From the NCBI GenBank assembly GCA_002104945.1, contig MCFH01000027.1:62001-126000 (forward strand): a stretch of DNA of 64,000 bases, in the 5' to 3' direction. Of this stretch, positions 25,201-39,078 are shown one piece after another. The DNA is from Piromyces finnis finn. Taxonomy: Eukaryota > Fungi > Neocallimastigomycota. How positions within the stretch are numbered: position 1 is the first letter of the stretch; the number at the start of each line of letters is the position of its first letter. Made by a program: the position numbers and the translations under genes. The notes beneath the pieces are model-generated. The model did no database searches and had not been told where the DNA came from. It saw nothing but the letters and a program-made list of their open reading frames with translations.

Positions 25201-26169
25201 ATGGATAATACTACTAAAGGTATTACCTTTAATAGAATACCTATTTTGGGTTCAACAAAGGTTGAATTTGATGATTGGGAATTTTCTTTTAAACATTGGT
25301 GTAATTTATATAAGGTACCAGAACAAGAAAAGTTAGGATACCTTATATCATTAACTACAGGTACAGCTAGAACAATTGTAGTTAATGAATTAAATAAAGA
25401 AACACCAGATGATTATAATACCATCATCAAAAACCTTAAAAGTCATTTTAAAGGTTCAGTACCAAAGAATTCTAGATTATTAGAATTGTCTACTATTACA
25501 ATAAAGAAAAATGAAAGTGTATCTGAATTCAATATTAAATTTGACTCTTTAATAAATAAAACAAACTTAAAAATGTCAAATGAAATCATATTGTCCTACT
25601 ATATTAATGCTTTTAGAAACCTTACTAAAACTTACGAAGCACTTTTAGAAGCTGAACCAAAAAGTTTAGAAGAAGCCAGAAACATTACTATTAAGAAAGA
25701 GAAAATTTTCAATATAGTTGAAGAAAATAGACCAAAAATAAGAACTTCCATTAATTCTAGAAGGTCTCCAAATGATAATAATGCTCAAAGAAATAATGAT
25801 AGAGCATATTCAAATAATTTTAATAGTTATAACCGAATGAATAACAATAACACTACTCAAAATAGTTTTAAAAATTATAATAATAGAAATTATACTAATA
25901 ACTACAGAAATAATAATTATAATAGTAATATTCAAAATAATAACTACAATAATGATAACAATAATTATTCAAGATTTAATAATATTAATCAAAACGTTGA
26001 GCAAAGAAAAAGTACCTTAAAATACCCACAAAATAATGATGATGAGTTAAAAGAAATAACTCAAAAGCTTGCTGACCTAAAAATTAATGTTTGCTTAAAT
26101 TGTAAAAGAATAGGTCATACTACGAATGATTGTCCAGAATTAGATGACGAATACAATCATTTAAACTAA
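25201..26169 (+). CDS. gag: Gag (capsid-like domain, Asn-rich linker, C-terminal CX2CX4HX4C zinc knuckle)
   Basis: CLNCKRIGHTTNDC knuckle; located between the PBS and pol. Confidence 0.9.
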   Translation: MDNTTKGITFNRIPILGSTKVEFDDWEFSFKHWCNLYKVPEQEKLGYLISLTTGTARTIVVNELNKETPDDYNTIIKNLKSHFKGSVPKNSRLLELSTITIKKNESVSEFNIKFDSLINKTNLKMSNEIILSYYINAFRNLTKTYEALLEAEPKSLEEARNITIKKEKIFNIVEENRPKIRTSINSRRSPNDNNAQRNNDRAYSNNFNSYNRMNNNNTTQNSFKNYNNRNYTNNYRNNNYNSNIQNNNYNNDNNNYSRFNNINQNVEQRKSTLKYPQNNDDELKEITQKLADLKINVCLNCKRIGHTTNDCPELDDEYNHLN

Positions 26170-26209
26170 ATAATGGGAGTAAGCAATCTCCCATAAAAAC
26201 TAAAATTGC
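26160..26209 (+). promoter_or_regulatory. -1 programmed ribosomal frameshift signal (UUUAAAC plus H-type pseudoknot)
   Basis: T TTA AAC (26160-26166) precedes the gag stop; 6-nt spacer; stem atgggag/ctcccat; loop gcaat pairs with attgc (26205-26209). The -1 frame is open from 26160 into pol. Confidence 0.85.
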
Positions 26210-29200
26210 AAATAGTTCACAAAATACACAAGAAGCACAAATAAATTCCAATATCTCTAATGAAAATAATTATTCTATTAATGCGGCTCAAAAGAAGAAA
26301 ATAAATGTTAAAACATTAGATAAAAATAAAATATCACTAAATAATAAAAGTATTGTCAAACCCTCAATACTTAACCAACCTAATATTAGGAATTTAAAAC
26401 AACAAAAGAAGGCTATTAGAGATACTCGTAGAAGAAAAATTAGTAAAGATAAAGATGAAGTTATGGAAGAAACCCCAAATGAAGAAATAGAAATAGAAAG
26501 TGAAGAAGAACAAAATAATACAAATGAAATACCTTTAGAAGAAGTTACTAATACAAAAGAACATATCCAACCTATTGAAATTAATAACTCTAATGATTCT
26601 ACCAATGAAGAAACTTTTAAAAATAATAATGAAACAAGTGATGTAAAAGTAAAGAAAAATTCTGTCAAAACCAAAGTAACCACAAAAAGAAATATGACAG
26701 AAATACAAATGTTAAAAACCAAAGATAAATTTAGTATAATTAAAGAAGCAAATAATTTATATCCAAAAATTAGTCTTTCCCAATTACTTTCTGCTAGTCC
26801 ATCACTTAGAAAAGAATTAGAACAAGGATGTAAACCTAAAGTTGAAAAAGTGATGTACTCCTTTAATAACTCTAATATTCCATTAATAATTGGTGATATA
26901 GATGGAAAATATTTAAAAATTCTTTATGATACTGGCGCAAATGTCAATATCATTACTACAAATGGTTTTAATAAACTATCAAATAAAAATATTGAAAAAA
27001 GTGATGAGGAACAAAATATAACTATTGCTAATGGTACTACTGTTCCTACAAATGTTTTTACTACTTTAAAAATAAATATTAATAATTGTTGTACTATTTT
27101 AGAAAAATTTTATATTATTGAACAAAGTAATCCATACTTTGATATAATTTTTGGAAGAGGTATTCAAAAGAAATACCGTTTATTTATTGACCCTGATGAT
27201 GATTATATATGCCAGAAAACTAAAAAAGGTTTAAAGAAAATTACAAACATTATCAATAGTAATGATAATGATACTAATGATATTCCCTTAATGAATTCTA
27301 TAATTAATTCAAAAGAAGAAAACCAAGAATTTCAAGATACGTTAAAACAAATCTTAAATTCAACACCTGATAATATTAAATCAAAATTTGAACACATTAT
27401 AAATAAATATAAAAATTGTATGGCTACATCAATGTCTCAATTAACTACTGCGGATTTAGAACCTCATTCTATAATTACTACTACTAATAAACCAATAAAA
27501 TTAAAACCTTATAAATTATCTAAGGAACATGCTGATATTTTAAAAAGTGAAATTCTTTCATTACTTGATAAAGGTTTAATTACTCCTTCTCACTCTCTAT
27601 GGTCATTTCCAGTTTTACTTGTACAAAAGAAAAATGGTAAATGGAGAATGTGTATTGATTATAGAAGACTTAATGAAATTACTATTAAGGATTCTTATGC
27701 ACTTCCTTTTATTGATGAATTAATATCTTCTGTTAATGGTGCAAAAATATTTTCTGCTTTAGATTTATACTCTGGCTACCACCAAATTCCTATGAACCCA
27801 AATGATATTGAAAAAACTGCTTTTACAACGAAATTTGGTAATTATAATTTTAAAGTAATGCCATTTGGTTTAACTAATGCTCCCGCTACTTTCCAGCGAG
27901 AAATGAATAGGATTCTCTTACCATTAATTGGTAAATGTCTTTTTGTTTACATTGATGATATTGTTGTTTATTCTAAATCACCAGAAGAACATCTTTATCA
28001 TTTACAACAAGTTTTTGAAATATTATCTAAATATAATCTTTCTCTTAATTTACAAAAATGTAAATTCTTTCAAGAAAAGGTAGAAGTACTAGGACATGTA
28101 CTTACACCTAACGGATTAAAAACTGTTCCTTCTAAAGTTCAAAGTATTGCTTTATGGAATGCTCCAAGAAATGTTAATGAACTAAGATTATTCCTAGGTT
28201 TAGCTAGTTACTACCGCAAATTTATTCAAAATTTTTCTATTAGAGCAAGCTCTCTTTTTAATTTATTAAAGAAAGACCAAGAATATATTTGGTCACAAGA
28301 ATGTAATAATGCTTTTGAAGATATCCGACAATGTCTATTAAGTGATCCTATTTTAAGTTATCCTGATTTTAATAAAGAATTTATTATTCGTACTGATGCA
28401 TCAACTAATGGCATTGGTGCTGTACTCTTACAGGTGGAGGGGGACAAATTGGAACATCCAATTTGTTGTATTAGTCGTACTTTATCTACTTCAGAAAAGA
28501 ATTATTCTGTTACTGACCTTGAAGGATTAGCTATTTATTATGCAATTCTACAATTTCGTCAATATATTATAAGTAATAAAAATCCTACCATATTAATTAC
28601 TGATCATAAACCATTACTGGGATTTTATAAAAAGAATATTCCATCAAAAGGTAGACATGCAAGATGGATTGAAGAATTTAATAAATATAAAATTGAATTA
28701 AAATATGATAAAGGAAAGAAAAATGTTTTTGCTGATGCCCTTTCAAGATTACCTTCTAAAAATTCTGATGAAATAGTAAATTGTGCTTATGCAATTTTGT
28801 CTGATTTTAATCCAAGAGATTTAGACCTACCTGAAGGAATAAAAAAATATTTTACTAAAAATTATCAAGTTGTTGATAATACTCTTTATTATAAAAAAGA
28901 TGAATTATATCTTAAAGTTATTTACAAAGATGAAGATAAAAAAGATATTATTAGTCGTGCTCATTCTGTTGGTCATGAAGGTGCTGAAAAGACCACAAAT
29001 AGAATTTTAAAATCTTATTATTGGCCTGGTATTTGGAATGATGTTAGAATGTGGGTAAAGTCCTGTAGAAAATGTCAACTTTGTAGACCTAAGCCTTTAC
29101 CTAAAAATATTGAAGATAATATAACCCCAATTGAACAACCATTTACTAGAGTCGGATTAGATATAGTTGGCCCATTATCACTTACTAAACATGGAAATTC

Positions 29201-29988
29201 TTATATTATTACCCTTGTTGATTATTTCACTAAATGGGTTGAAGCTAAAGCAATTCCAAATATGAAATCAGAAGAAGTAATAAAATTTTTAATAGAAGTA
29301 ATAACAAGACATGGTCCACCAGAAATAATTGTTACTGATAATGGAAGTTCATTTATTTCTGATATTACTAAAATGATGATTGATGTATATGGATCATGGG
29401 TTCATTTTGTTTCTCCTCATCACCCACAATCTAATGGTATGATTGAGAATAGAAACAAAGAAATAGGAAAAACTTTAAGACTCTTAATTGAAAAATGAAT
29501 CTGAATGGGATGAATATCTACCATCTGCATTATGGTCACTTAGAACTACCAAAAATTCAAAAACAAAGTTTAGTAGTTTCGAATTATTATATGGTAGAAG
29601 AGACACATTGCCATTAGAAATAATGTTTCCTGATATTTATAAAGATCCTAATGAAACAGAAGAAGAATATATTTTTAGAAGATTTTTAAGGCATCAAAAT
29701 TGGGTAAAACAAGCTACTGAATATTCTAATCATGCTAATCAATATTGGGAACATAGAATAAGTTTTTCCAAAGCTTTAAAGAAGACTTATAAACTGGGTG
29801 ATTATGTTATGATAAGATTAATAGGAAGAAGTAAATTAAATCCTTATTTTTATGGTCCTTATAAAGTTGTTAATAAACAAAAATTTAATACTGTTGTACT
29901 TGAAGATCCACATACAGGAAAACTACTTGATAGAAATGTACATATTAAAAATATTTTTCCTTACGTTCTATCAGAACAAAATTTGTAA
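26160..29988 (+). CDS. pol: Pol (protease, RT, RNase H, integrase) with one frameshift in integrase at ~29490
   Basis: LYDTGANV protease; WRMCIDYRRLN, MPFGLTNAPATFQR and YIDD in RT; TDAS RNase H; HSVGH..CRKC zinc finger; GLDIVGP, VTDNGS and GMIENRNK core; GPY motif in ORF 29488-29988. Confidence 0.93.
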
Positions 29989-31320
29989 AGTAGGCTAGGA
30001 TTGATATGTAACTTGGTCAGAATGTTTCATATAATATAACTTAATTTACTAATAAAATATTAAATTTATTTATTATTAAATCTTTTCTTCAAAACTTATT
30101 AAAAAATTTAATTAATACTAATTTAAAATTAAATAGGTTTTTATATTTAAAATAAAAATTTTAATATAAGTTAATTATGAAATTTGTTTATTAATTATTT
30201 ATTTATTAAGATAATATTTATTAAATTATATTATAATTAATAATTAATAATTAATAAGCTTACAAAGAATTTCAAAATTGATTTCAATTATTTGTTTAAA
30301 TACTTTTTCTTACATATAATAAAATTACATTGATATTAATATTGATATTAATAATAAAGATAAAAATAAAATAATTTTAAATTAAAATATTAATAATTGA
30401 TATTGATATTAATAATATGAATTCATATGATAGATCTTAAGATTAATCTTTTAAATTACTTTTAAAATAAAAGTATTGTTTTAACCATTTTAAATTGTAA
30501 ATATTTAATATTATAAATTGAGAATAACAATTACTGATACTAATTATATATTCTCATGATCAATTAATTAATAATTATAATTAATGATTTTTGATCCAAA
30601 GGCTTTTTTGGTTTGATTATAATTGAGGTTATTAATCGAAATTATTTGAAAAATTATTAATTGATTTTTATAATTGATTAGGTTTATAATCAAGAATATT
30701 TATTATCTAACCTTATTTAATAATAATGGAGAATTTTTAAATTGAATTATTTATAGAAAGTTGGATGACTTGAATAATGACTTTAATTATATAAATTAAT
30801 ATTAGTCATTTTAATATATATTATTATATATTTATTGGAACTAATTAATTCTTTAAATAGCTATATCTCAAGAACTAGTGGTCTAAATTAGCTGAAAATT
30901 TGTGAGAATATAGATCTCAACTAGTACTTTCTAATAAAATTAATTTGAATTCTCTAGAAAAGGAAAATAGGACACGAGATTCATAAGTTACATTTTCTTC
31001 TCAAGGGTTAATTTATTGAAAATTAAATTTTTGTGATCCTTAACCCTTTTCAATATTAAATTTTTCCAAGTGATCTTTTTAATTATTTTTAAAAGTGTTT
31101 TATACTTTTTGAAATATAAATTTGATTTTTAAGTTGTTTATTTGAACATTTAATTTATTTTTTAATCGTCTTCTATTCTTGACAAATAACAACATTACTG
31201 TAACGTATAAAGGTTTTTTATCTTTTCCAAGGAATTATATTTCGGGGTTTCCCAAGCTGGCTTCACCGTCAGGTTGTTGGACGCTGACCTAATTGTCATG
31301 TGTTCGACTCTGGGTTCTCT

Positions 31321-31366
31321 ATATTATGGATTAAATATAGCAATCGCTATATTTAATCCATAATAT
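31321..31366. repeat. Perfect 21-bp inverted repeat with a 4-nt loop
   Basis: atattatggattaaatatagc-aatc-gctatatttaatccataatat. Confidence 0.95.
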
Positions 31367-31605
31367 TTGTCTATTTCTATTTCTTCTTTTTTATTTAAAT
31401 AATTGAAGTTACCAATCAATATGAATGATGTTTATTCATAATTATTAAATAAGAATATTTATAAATAGTAAATATAAATAATTTATAAAATTCATGTAAA
31501 TTTAGTCTTTAGAATTAGTATTAAGGTTAATTTGTATTAATAATATTAAATAATCAAATTATTAATAAAATATACTATTAATACAAAAAATAGTTAATTA
31601 GTATT

Positions 31606-34573
31606 GTGTTAACCCGAGTCTCTCGTGTTGTTGCAATTACAATCGAAAAGCTTAATGAAAATTCTAAAGGTAATACATTAGTTGAAAATAACACTCCGAA
31701 TATTGATGATATACTACCTAATTATGAAAACATTAATAATACCAATACTGATTCATTACCTACATATACTATTGAAGATATTATTAATACATTAGAATCA
31801 TTTAAAATGTCACCTGATAACGATTACATTTTTACTCCTAAAACTATTAATAATAGCATTGCTAATAAAAGAAGACGTAGTTTTGATTCATCTTACTATA
31901 ACAAGAAGAATTAACCAAATCTATCTCAACACTAATGCAAAAAGAAAATTTGATGATGATGAAGATAATATTGACAATAATAAGAAAACCAGAATTAATG
32001 AAGCTATTAACAATTTACCTGTTAAAAGACCTGGAAGCCAAACCGAAAGTAATAATATAAAAAGAATTGCATTACCTAGTAACACAGGTGAAATTGCTAA
32101 TATTATTTTAGATGTTCCACTTACTTTCTATGATGCAATTACAAGTGTACACAAGGAAAAATGGTTGGACGCAATTAATGATGAATTAAAAAACTTATAT
32201 GAAAATAATATTATGACACTTGTCTATAAACTACCTAATAATAAAAAACCTATCAAAACAAAATGGATTTTTACCATAAAACGTGATAGTAATAATAATA
32301 TTAAAAAATTTAAAGCAAGATTAGTTGCGAAAGAATATAGCCAAATCAAAGGTGCTGATTACGAATTGACTTATTCTCCTACCCTGAGCATCGATAGTAT
32401 TAAACTTATCATTTCATTAGCAGCAAAATTTAAATGGAAAACATTCCAATTAGATATAAAAGCTGCATATCTTAATGCTGACTTGGATAGAGATATTTAT
32501 ATAACCATCCCAGAAGGAGACAGGAATTATAAAAGAGGATTTTGGAAACTTAACAAATCCCTATACGAATTAAGGCAGTCAGGTAGACAGTGGAATGAGA
32601 AAATAACATCTTTCCTTATAAATAATGGTTTCAAGCAACTAATTTCCGAATCTTGTATGTTTAAAAGAACTCGCGCTGGTGTTACTACTTGCATTATTGA
32701 ATATATGTTGATGATATGATCATCACTGGTAAGATGTACGAAATTGAAAAAATTATTAAAATGATTAAAGATAACTTTAGAATTTCAAATTGTGAAAAAA
32801 TTAATTATATATTAGGAATTAAGGTTGAAAAGAAAGGATTTAATTATTCTATTTCTCAAAAAACTTATATTGAGAATATTTTATCAAAATTTAATATTAA
32901 TAATACATGAAGATCTAAAGCACCATGTACTGGTGACAACAATAACGAAAATAAAAATCTATTTAGTAAAACCACTTATAAAAGTGCATTAGGATCTTTA
33001 ATCTATCTAGCAAAATGTACTAGGCTGGATATCGCTTTTGCTGTTAGTAAAGTCTCCCGTTATGCAGAAAATCCTACCATATCCGATTGGCATAAGGTAA
33101 TCAATATTTTTAAATATCTAAATTCTACTAAAAATTATAAAATTACTTACTCCGGAACAGAGGAATTAGTTGCCTACACAGATGCAGATCTTGGTGGTGA
33201 TATTAACGATAGGAAATCTACTTCTGGACATATTATTTTAATGGGAAATGACCCGATCTACTGGTCCTCGAAAAAACAATCCATAGTTTCTACCTCTACT
33301 ATGGAAGCTGAATACATTGGAACTACTGAATGTACAAAATCTGTTTTATGGATTAGAAATATTCTATATGAACTATTTAATTTCAACAAACCAATAAAAA
33401 TTTACACTGATAATTTATCTAGTAAAACAACGATTGAAAATGGACAATCAAATTCAAAATTGAAACACATCAACATTAAATTTTACTTTAATTAAGATCA
33501 TATTAAAAACAAAAGAAGTAAATTAGAATATATAAACACAGAAAATGTAAAGATATCAAACGCCTCAACTTGATATCTTTAATGTAACTTAAGCCATAAG
33601 TATTATTGTTTAAGTTACACAAATTATATTCAGAAAAAGAAAATGAGACATAATTTATTTATTAATAATTAAAATTTAAAACAAAATAAATTATTTATTT
33701 ATTTTTAATGTTTAACAAGTAAATTAAAATTCTCAATTTAAATCCCTAGTTTTAGTATTGTTTTTTCATAGAAATAGATAAATAATATATAAATAATAAA
33801 TGATTAATATATCAGTAATACATGGGCACATATTCAAATTGAATAGTACTTAATTTGAATTGCCAATTGTATTTTACTAAAAATAGTTATAGTTTAAATA
33901 TTTATTAATAATTAAGATTTTAGTGTAGATTTTAAATAATGATATATAAGAAATAAATAGTTATAATATAATATAATTGTACTTAGGAAAAATATAAATA
34001 GAAGATATTTTTCATCATTTTGATCGATGTAATTGTTATTAATAAATTTCTATTATAATAAAAGATATTTTTTAATAAAACAATTTTTATTTTATTTTAA
34101 ATTTAGTGTTATTGTAATAGAATAGATATCCTAATCTATTCTTTCTGTGTCAGCATTACAGAAAATATGTTAGCTGACATTTTAACAAAAAATGTTAATG
34201 GACCAAAAATGAATAAATTTTCAAACATAATTTTTGATCAATCAGAAAATTAAGTTTGACAGGGGAATGTTAAAAATAAATAAATTTGAAATATATATAA
34301 TAAACTTAAATTAAATCTCGTTGTAATTTAAACTAACGTAAATACGTTTCAATTCTCGTTGTTTATGTATTTTATAGTTATCATTATCAAGCCACAAATA
34401 GTATAAATTCAAGTGTAATTTACTTCTTTTTAAAATCCTTGTAATTACCAATTATTAAATACATTTTATTATTAAAAAACTAAACTTATTAAAAGCGCTT
34501 TAAACTAATAATAATAAATATTAATAAATAAATAATAAATAAAAATAATTATTGATATTTATTATTGTGAACA
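31606..34573 (+). mobile_element. Decayed, 5'-truncated Ty1/Copia element (RT-RNase H, PPT, putative 3' LTR 34268-34573)
   Basis: WLDAINDEL, KFKARLVAK, QLDIKAAYLN, KSLYELRQSGRQW, YTDADLGGD..RKSTSG, SSKKQSIV, KHINIKF and ADILTK. Has frameshifts and stops at 32908 and 33493. PPT aggggaa (34261-34267) is followed by TGTT; AACA at 34573 is a candidate end. Confidence 0.88.
33546..34160. mobile_element. Solo LTR (615 bp), copy 2, nested in the Copia RNase H
   Basis: TGTAA...TTACA with TSD gaaaa (33541-33545 and 34161-34165). Removing it restores EYINTEN-MLADILTK. Confidence 0.92.
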
Positions 34574-36330
34574 TTTATAGACACATGTGACTAGCTTATA
34601 AAAACATAAATATGTATTAAAAGTGTTGTAAATGTAATGTCTTCGTGTTGTAGAAATAGTTATTTTTTATTTATTTTATCTTATTTTTATGGTCACATGA
34701 TCTTATATCTTATTATATAACCGTAATATTTACAATGTAGTTTTTCTCTTTGTTAACCCTATTAATAAAATTATTTATTAATTAAATTTATTTCACAATT
34801 ATTATCATAATACAAGTATATAATAACGTCTTTTCTTATACATTGAAAAGAGCTACATTTTAATTATAGTAAATATATATATTTATATAATATTAAATCC
34901 AATTAATAAAAATTAAATAATGTATAATTATAAAATTAATTAATAGTAAACAAAATATTATATTTTAATAATATTTAAAAACATTTTATGTAATTTAATT
35001 TAAGCGAAAAGTTTTTTTTTTTTTTTCATTAAATACAAGTTTATAATTGATTTTGATTCTTTTTTATAAAATTAATAAATTACATCAAAAAATCATAACA
35101 TATATAAAATATTAAAAAAAACATAATTCAAACAAAAAGTATTTAATGTTGAATAAATTCATTATTTTTAAATTATAAATACTTATAATTACACACAAAA
35201 AAAAAAAAAAAACTATTTATTTATTTGTTTATTAATTAATTGGTTAATTATTATTTTATTTAATACAATATATTAAAAAGCAATTACTTAAATGAATATT
35301 CTTAAAATTTGAAAACAATAGTATAACAAGTTTCTAGTCATTTAAAATATCTTTAAAATTCAATTCTTAATTACACATTCTAAAAAGGTTAGAATTATAT
35401 AAAAATTTTTAAAATATAAAGAAATTGTAACCCTTAAATGTAAAATAAGCAAACAGAAAGGTTTGATACATTAAAAAATTAATAATTGAACCATTAAACT
35501 AACTTTGAGGAAAATTACTTTTTGAACTTATAAAAAATCGTTTAAGAAAATTATAACAATAACTAAAGTTTTAATTATTTATATTAATTTATAATAAATA
35601 TTATATGATGAAATATTTTATAATAAGTATTGAAAAATGGTTTGTCTATCATATTAATATAAAAAATTTATAATGTTTAATGTTTTTAATGACTAGGTTC
35701 ACAAAAGTAATTCACTTATTTTAGCATTCATATTAATAATTAATAATTTTATTGAACAAAAGAACAAAAAGAAAATAAATTTATTTCTATTTAATTCATG
35801 TAAAGATTATAATTAGGTTTCTATTATATTACCAATGTTTTAAATAAATTGTAAAAATATAAAATATTTAAAAAAACATATCCTCTTAATATTAAGTGTT
35901 ATTATAGGTTTAAATAATAATTTTTCTTATAAAACCTACAATTTTTTGCCTAAATATATATCTAAACTTAACATTACTTTTTATTGATATTAATATATAT
36001 TAGTAAATTTAATAAATTAATTCTTTAATTAAATATTTATTAATTTGTTTATTAAAATATTTAAAATACCACTTATTCTTATTGTAAAATAATGTGCTTT
36101 TTTTTTTTTTTTTAATATTTTAATAAAACAGAAAACAATTATCACTTTAATGCTTATTTATAAAGAAAATAATTTTTAATATTTATTACCTTTTAAATAT
36201 TTCTTTTATATTCAATTATTGATATTATTATTTTTAAATAAATTTTAAAATTAGACAAGTATATATTTAATTTTATAATATTTTTTTTATATCTTTCATA
36301 ATCATAATTAACAAAGTAATTATAGAGTTA

Positions 36331-36388
<58 letters not shown>

Positions 36389-37059
36389 TATAATAGTAAT
36401 TATAATATCTTTTCAAATCAAATTTAAAAATAAGCAAAAAATAAATCAAAGATTATATTTATAAATTAATGGCATATCTTTGTATAAATATTGAATGTTG
36501 GATTCAAAGTTCATAATTTTGACTACATTTTGATTAGTATTTTTATTTACGAAAATTTGAATAATTATTGTTTTTTATATTAAATAAAAATACAATTTTG
36601 GTTAAGTGGATCATCAAATTTATTCACAATAATAAATAAACGTTATTAATATAAATATTACAACATATAACAAAAAAAGAAAACAAATGAACTTTCAGCT
36701 ATTGTAATATTAGTCACATTAATTATGTATTGTTATTTACTATGTATTTCTTATATTAAAATATAAAAAATAGATTCTTTCTTTTTATTTTTTTATTTAC
36801 AAAAACCAAATAGTTTTAGTTTAATAAAATTATTCTTAAAATTATGTTATGAAATTATAGTAATGGGAATTTTTGAAATCATTTTGATACCATTATTATA
36901 ATAAGTTAGATACTACTGTAGCTATCGCAATCTGTTAAGTCTCATTTCTTATATAAATAGAAATATAATACTTGGTTTATTTTTAATAAATTAGGAAAGT
37001 TGTCATTTCAAACACAGTTTAATTATTTACAAAAAAAGTTTAAATTAGATGAATTGTTT

Positions 37060-38700
37060 CCTGAAGAATTTTAATTGCCGGAAGCATTACTCGAGAAAAT
37101 TAATATTTCGAAAAATTCAATCGGGATATCATCCGGATTTGATATCTTCTAATTTGGAGTAGTAAGGATTACCGACTTCATTAATAGTAATATTTTGTTT
37201 GATATTTCATTTTTTAAACAGAGGAAGTAAAATCGTTTATTTGTTTATTCCATACCAATATACCAAATCAAAACTCATGTCTTCGGGATCAGATACGTGA
37301 CAATCAAAATAGTTATGATATATATTTCATTGTTCTTCTGTAGAAATAGTTAATTATTTCTCCTTTTTTTTTTTATTTTTACTTTGTTGAGCTTTAAAAA
37401 GTTCATCTTCTTACCAATTTTAATAGTTTTTTTTAATATATTTCTAAAATTTCTTAAGATTGTGTGTGTGTGTATGTGTTTGATTATAAGATATTATAAT
37501 CTAATGAAAACATTTATATTTTCTATATTTATTCACAATTTATTATTTTAATAAATATTTAAAATAGATATTTTTCGATCTTTTTTTATAAATTCATATT
37601 CATTTTTTTAATTCCTTATAAAGTTTCATTTTAGTTTTCAGAATATTAAAAATTTGTTGTAATATATGAATTAAAGTTCATTTGCAATTGAAAAACATGG
37701 GAGATAGAAAATAAGCACTTTTATCAATTGAGAAGCGGTTGAAGTAAACTACATGTAAAAAATTTATGTTTATCTGTTGAAATATATCAGGATTGCTGAA
37801 TTTTGCACAAAGTATTTGTAATTTGTTGTGACTAAGAATTAAGTCCTTTTCATTAATTCATTTATTCTATATCATATCAAAACTTTCGTAGTAACATTAA
37901 AATCATTAAAAAAATAATTAATAGAAATAGATTTACTATTGGTATATTTATAAGGTGAGGTTTATAATCTGATATATGATTAAAACTAGTAAATAAACCA
38001 AAAGATAAAAAACTTTTTTTATTTTCAAATTGATTATAACGTGATTATTGTCAGTAAATTGATCATCTCTAGTTTAAAAAAAAAATAGACAAACCTTTAA
38101 TGTGAAATAATTCCCAATCTTCTAAACTATTAAATGACAACTAGATGAATAATTTAACTTTAGAAAGATTAAAATTGACAAAAATCAATAAATAGAATGA
38201 AGAAGATTGTAACCACAAACAAACTTTTAACTTTGAGTGATATGTATTTTGGGATTACTATGGGACATATAAACATTCCTAATTAATAAACACATGAATT
38301 TATTCTAAAAGTATACAGAGAAATACTATTATACGAGTTATACGAGTATTTTTCAAGTGGACCTTGGCACAAACTATGAATATTTAAAGAAAAACTTTTT
38401 TAATGTTAGTAGAATCATTAGCTATATTATAAAAATAGTTTTGTAAAGTAATACAAAAATGATATCCTATATTTGAACCAGAACCGTTATCAGTTTTTAA
38501 AAACATAAAATTAATGGTTTGAATAAAGAGTAGAAACACTCAATACTAATTTTCCAATTGAAACAAAAAGAAAAGTGTAGAATTTTTTAGAAGATGAAGA
38601 GTCTTTATTATTAACAATGGATTACATATCATTTCCATTTAAAATTTATATAGTAATTTTTAGAGAAATACTGACTACTTTCTTCCTTGTAGGTTATTAT
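37060..38700 (-). pseudogene. Highly degraded coding remnant, possibly a multi-TM membrane protein
   Basis: GC above background. Broken minus-strand frames give hydrophobic peptides (KKFYTFLFVSIGKLVLSVSTLY; LGMFICPIVIPKYISLKVKSLFVVTIFFILF) with many stops and frameshifts. Confidence 0.3.
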
Positions 38701-39038
38701 TACTATTACTATTACTATTACTATTATTACTATTATTATTATTATTACTATTTTAAATTTATATAACACAAAAAAAAAATATATAGAGTATAACTTTTTA
38801 AATTTATTTTCATTTATTTTAAATTTTCATTATTTTTTTTTCCACTTTATTTTATAATAGTATATTAATAATCAAAAATAAAGTTAATTTCTATGAAGTT
38901 TAAATAGAAATATAGATAGATAAAATATAATTTTAATTTGTAATTATATTATTAAGAAATGGATAATTTTTGAAATACTAAAAAAATAAATATGTTCATT
39001 TCACAAAGGGTATAAAGATCAGTCTTAACTTTTCTTTC

Positions 39039-39078
<40 letters not shown>

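Larger units (their letters stand above)
21820..29988 (+). mobile_element. Ty3/Gypsy LTR retrotransposon, near-intact internal region; 3' LTR not found
   Basis: PBS, gag with CCHC knuckle, and pol in PR-RT-RH-INT order. Confidence 0.9.

Noticed and set aside
30001-30040. tgatatgtaac as the start of the Gypsy 3' LTR
   Set aside because: Only ~11 nt resemble tgatacgtgac; the following sequence does not align and there is no clear PPT.
31178-31320. Possible HDV-like ribozyme
   Set aside because: P3, P1.1 and P4-like pieces can be drawn, but there is no convincing P2 and no G+1 P1.
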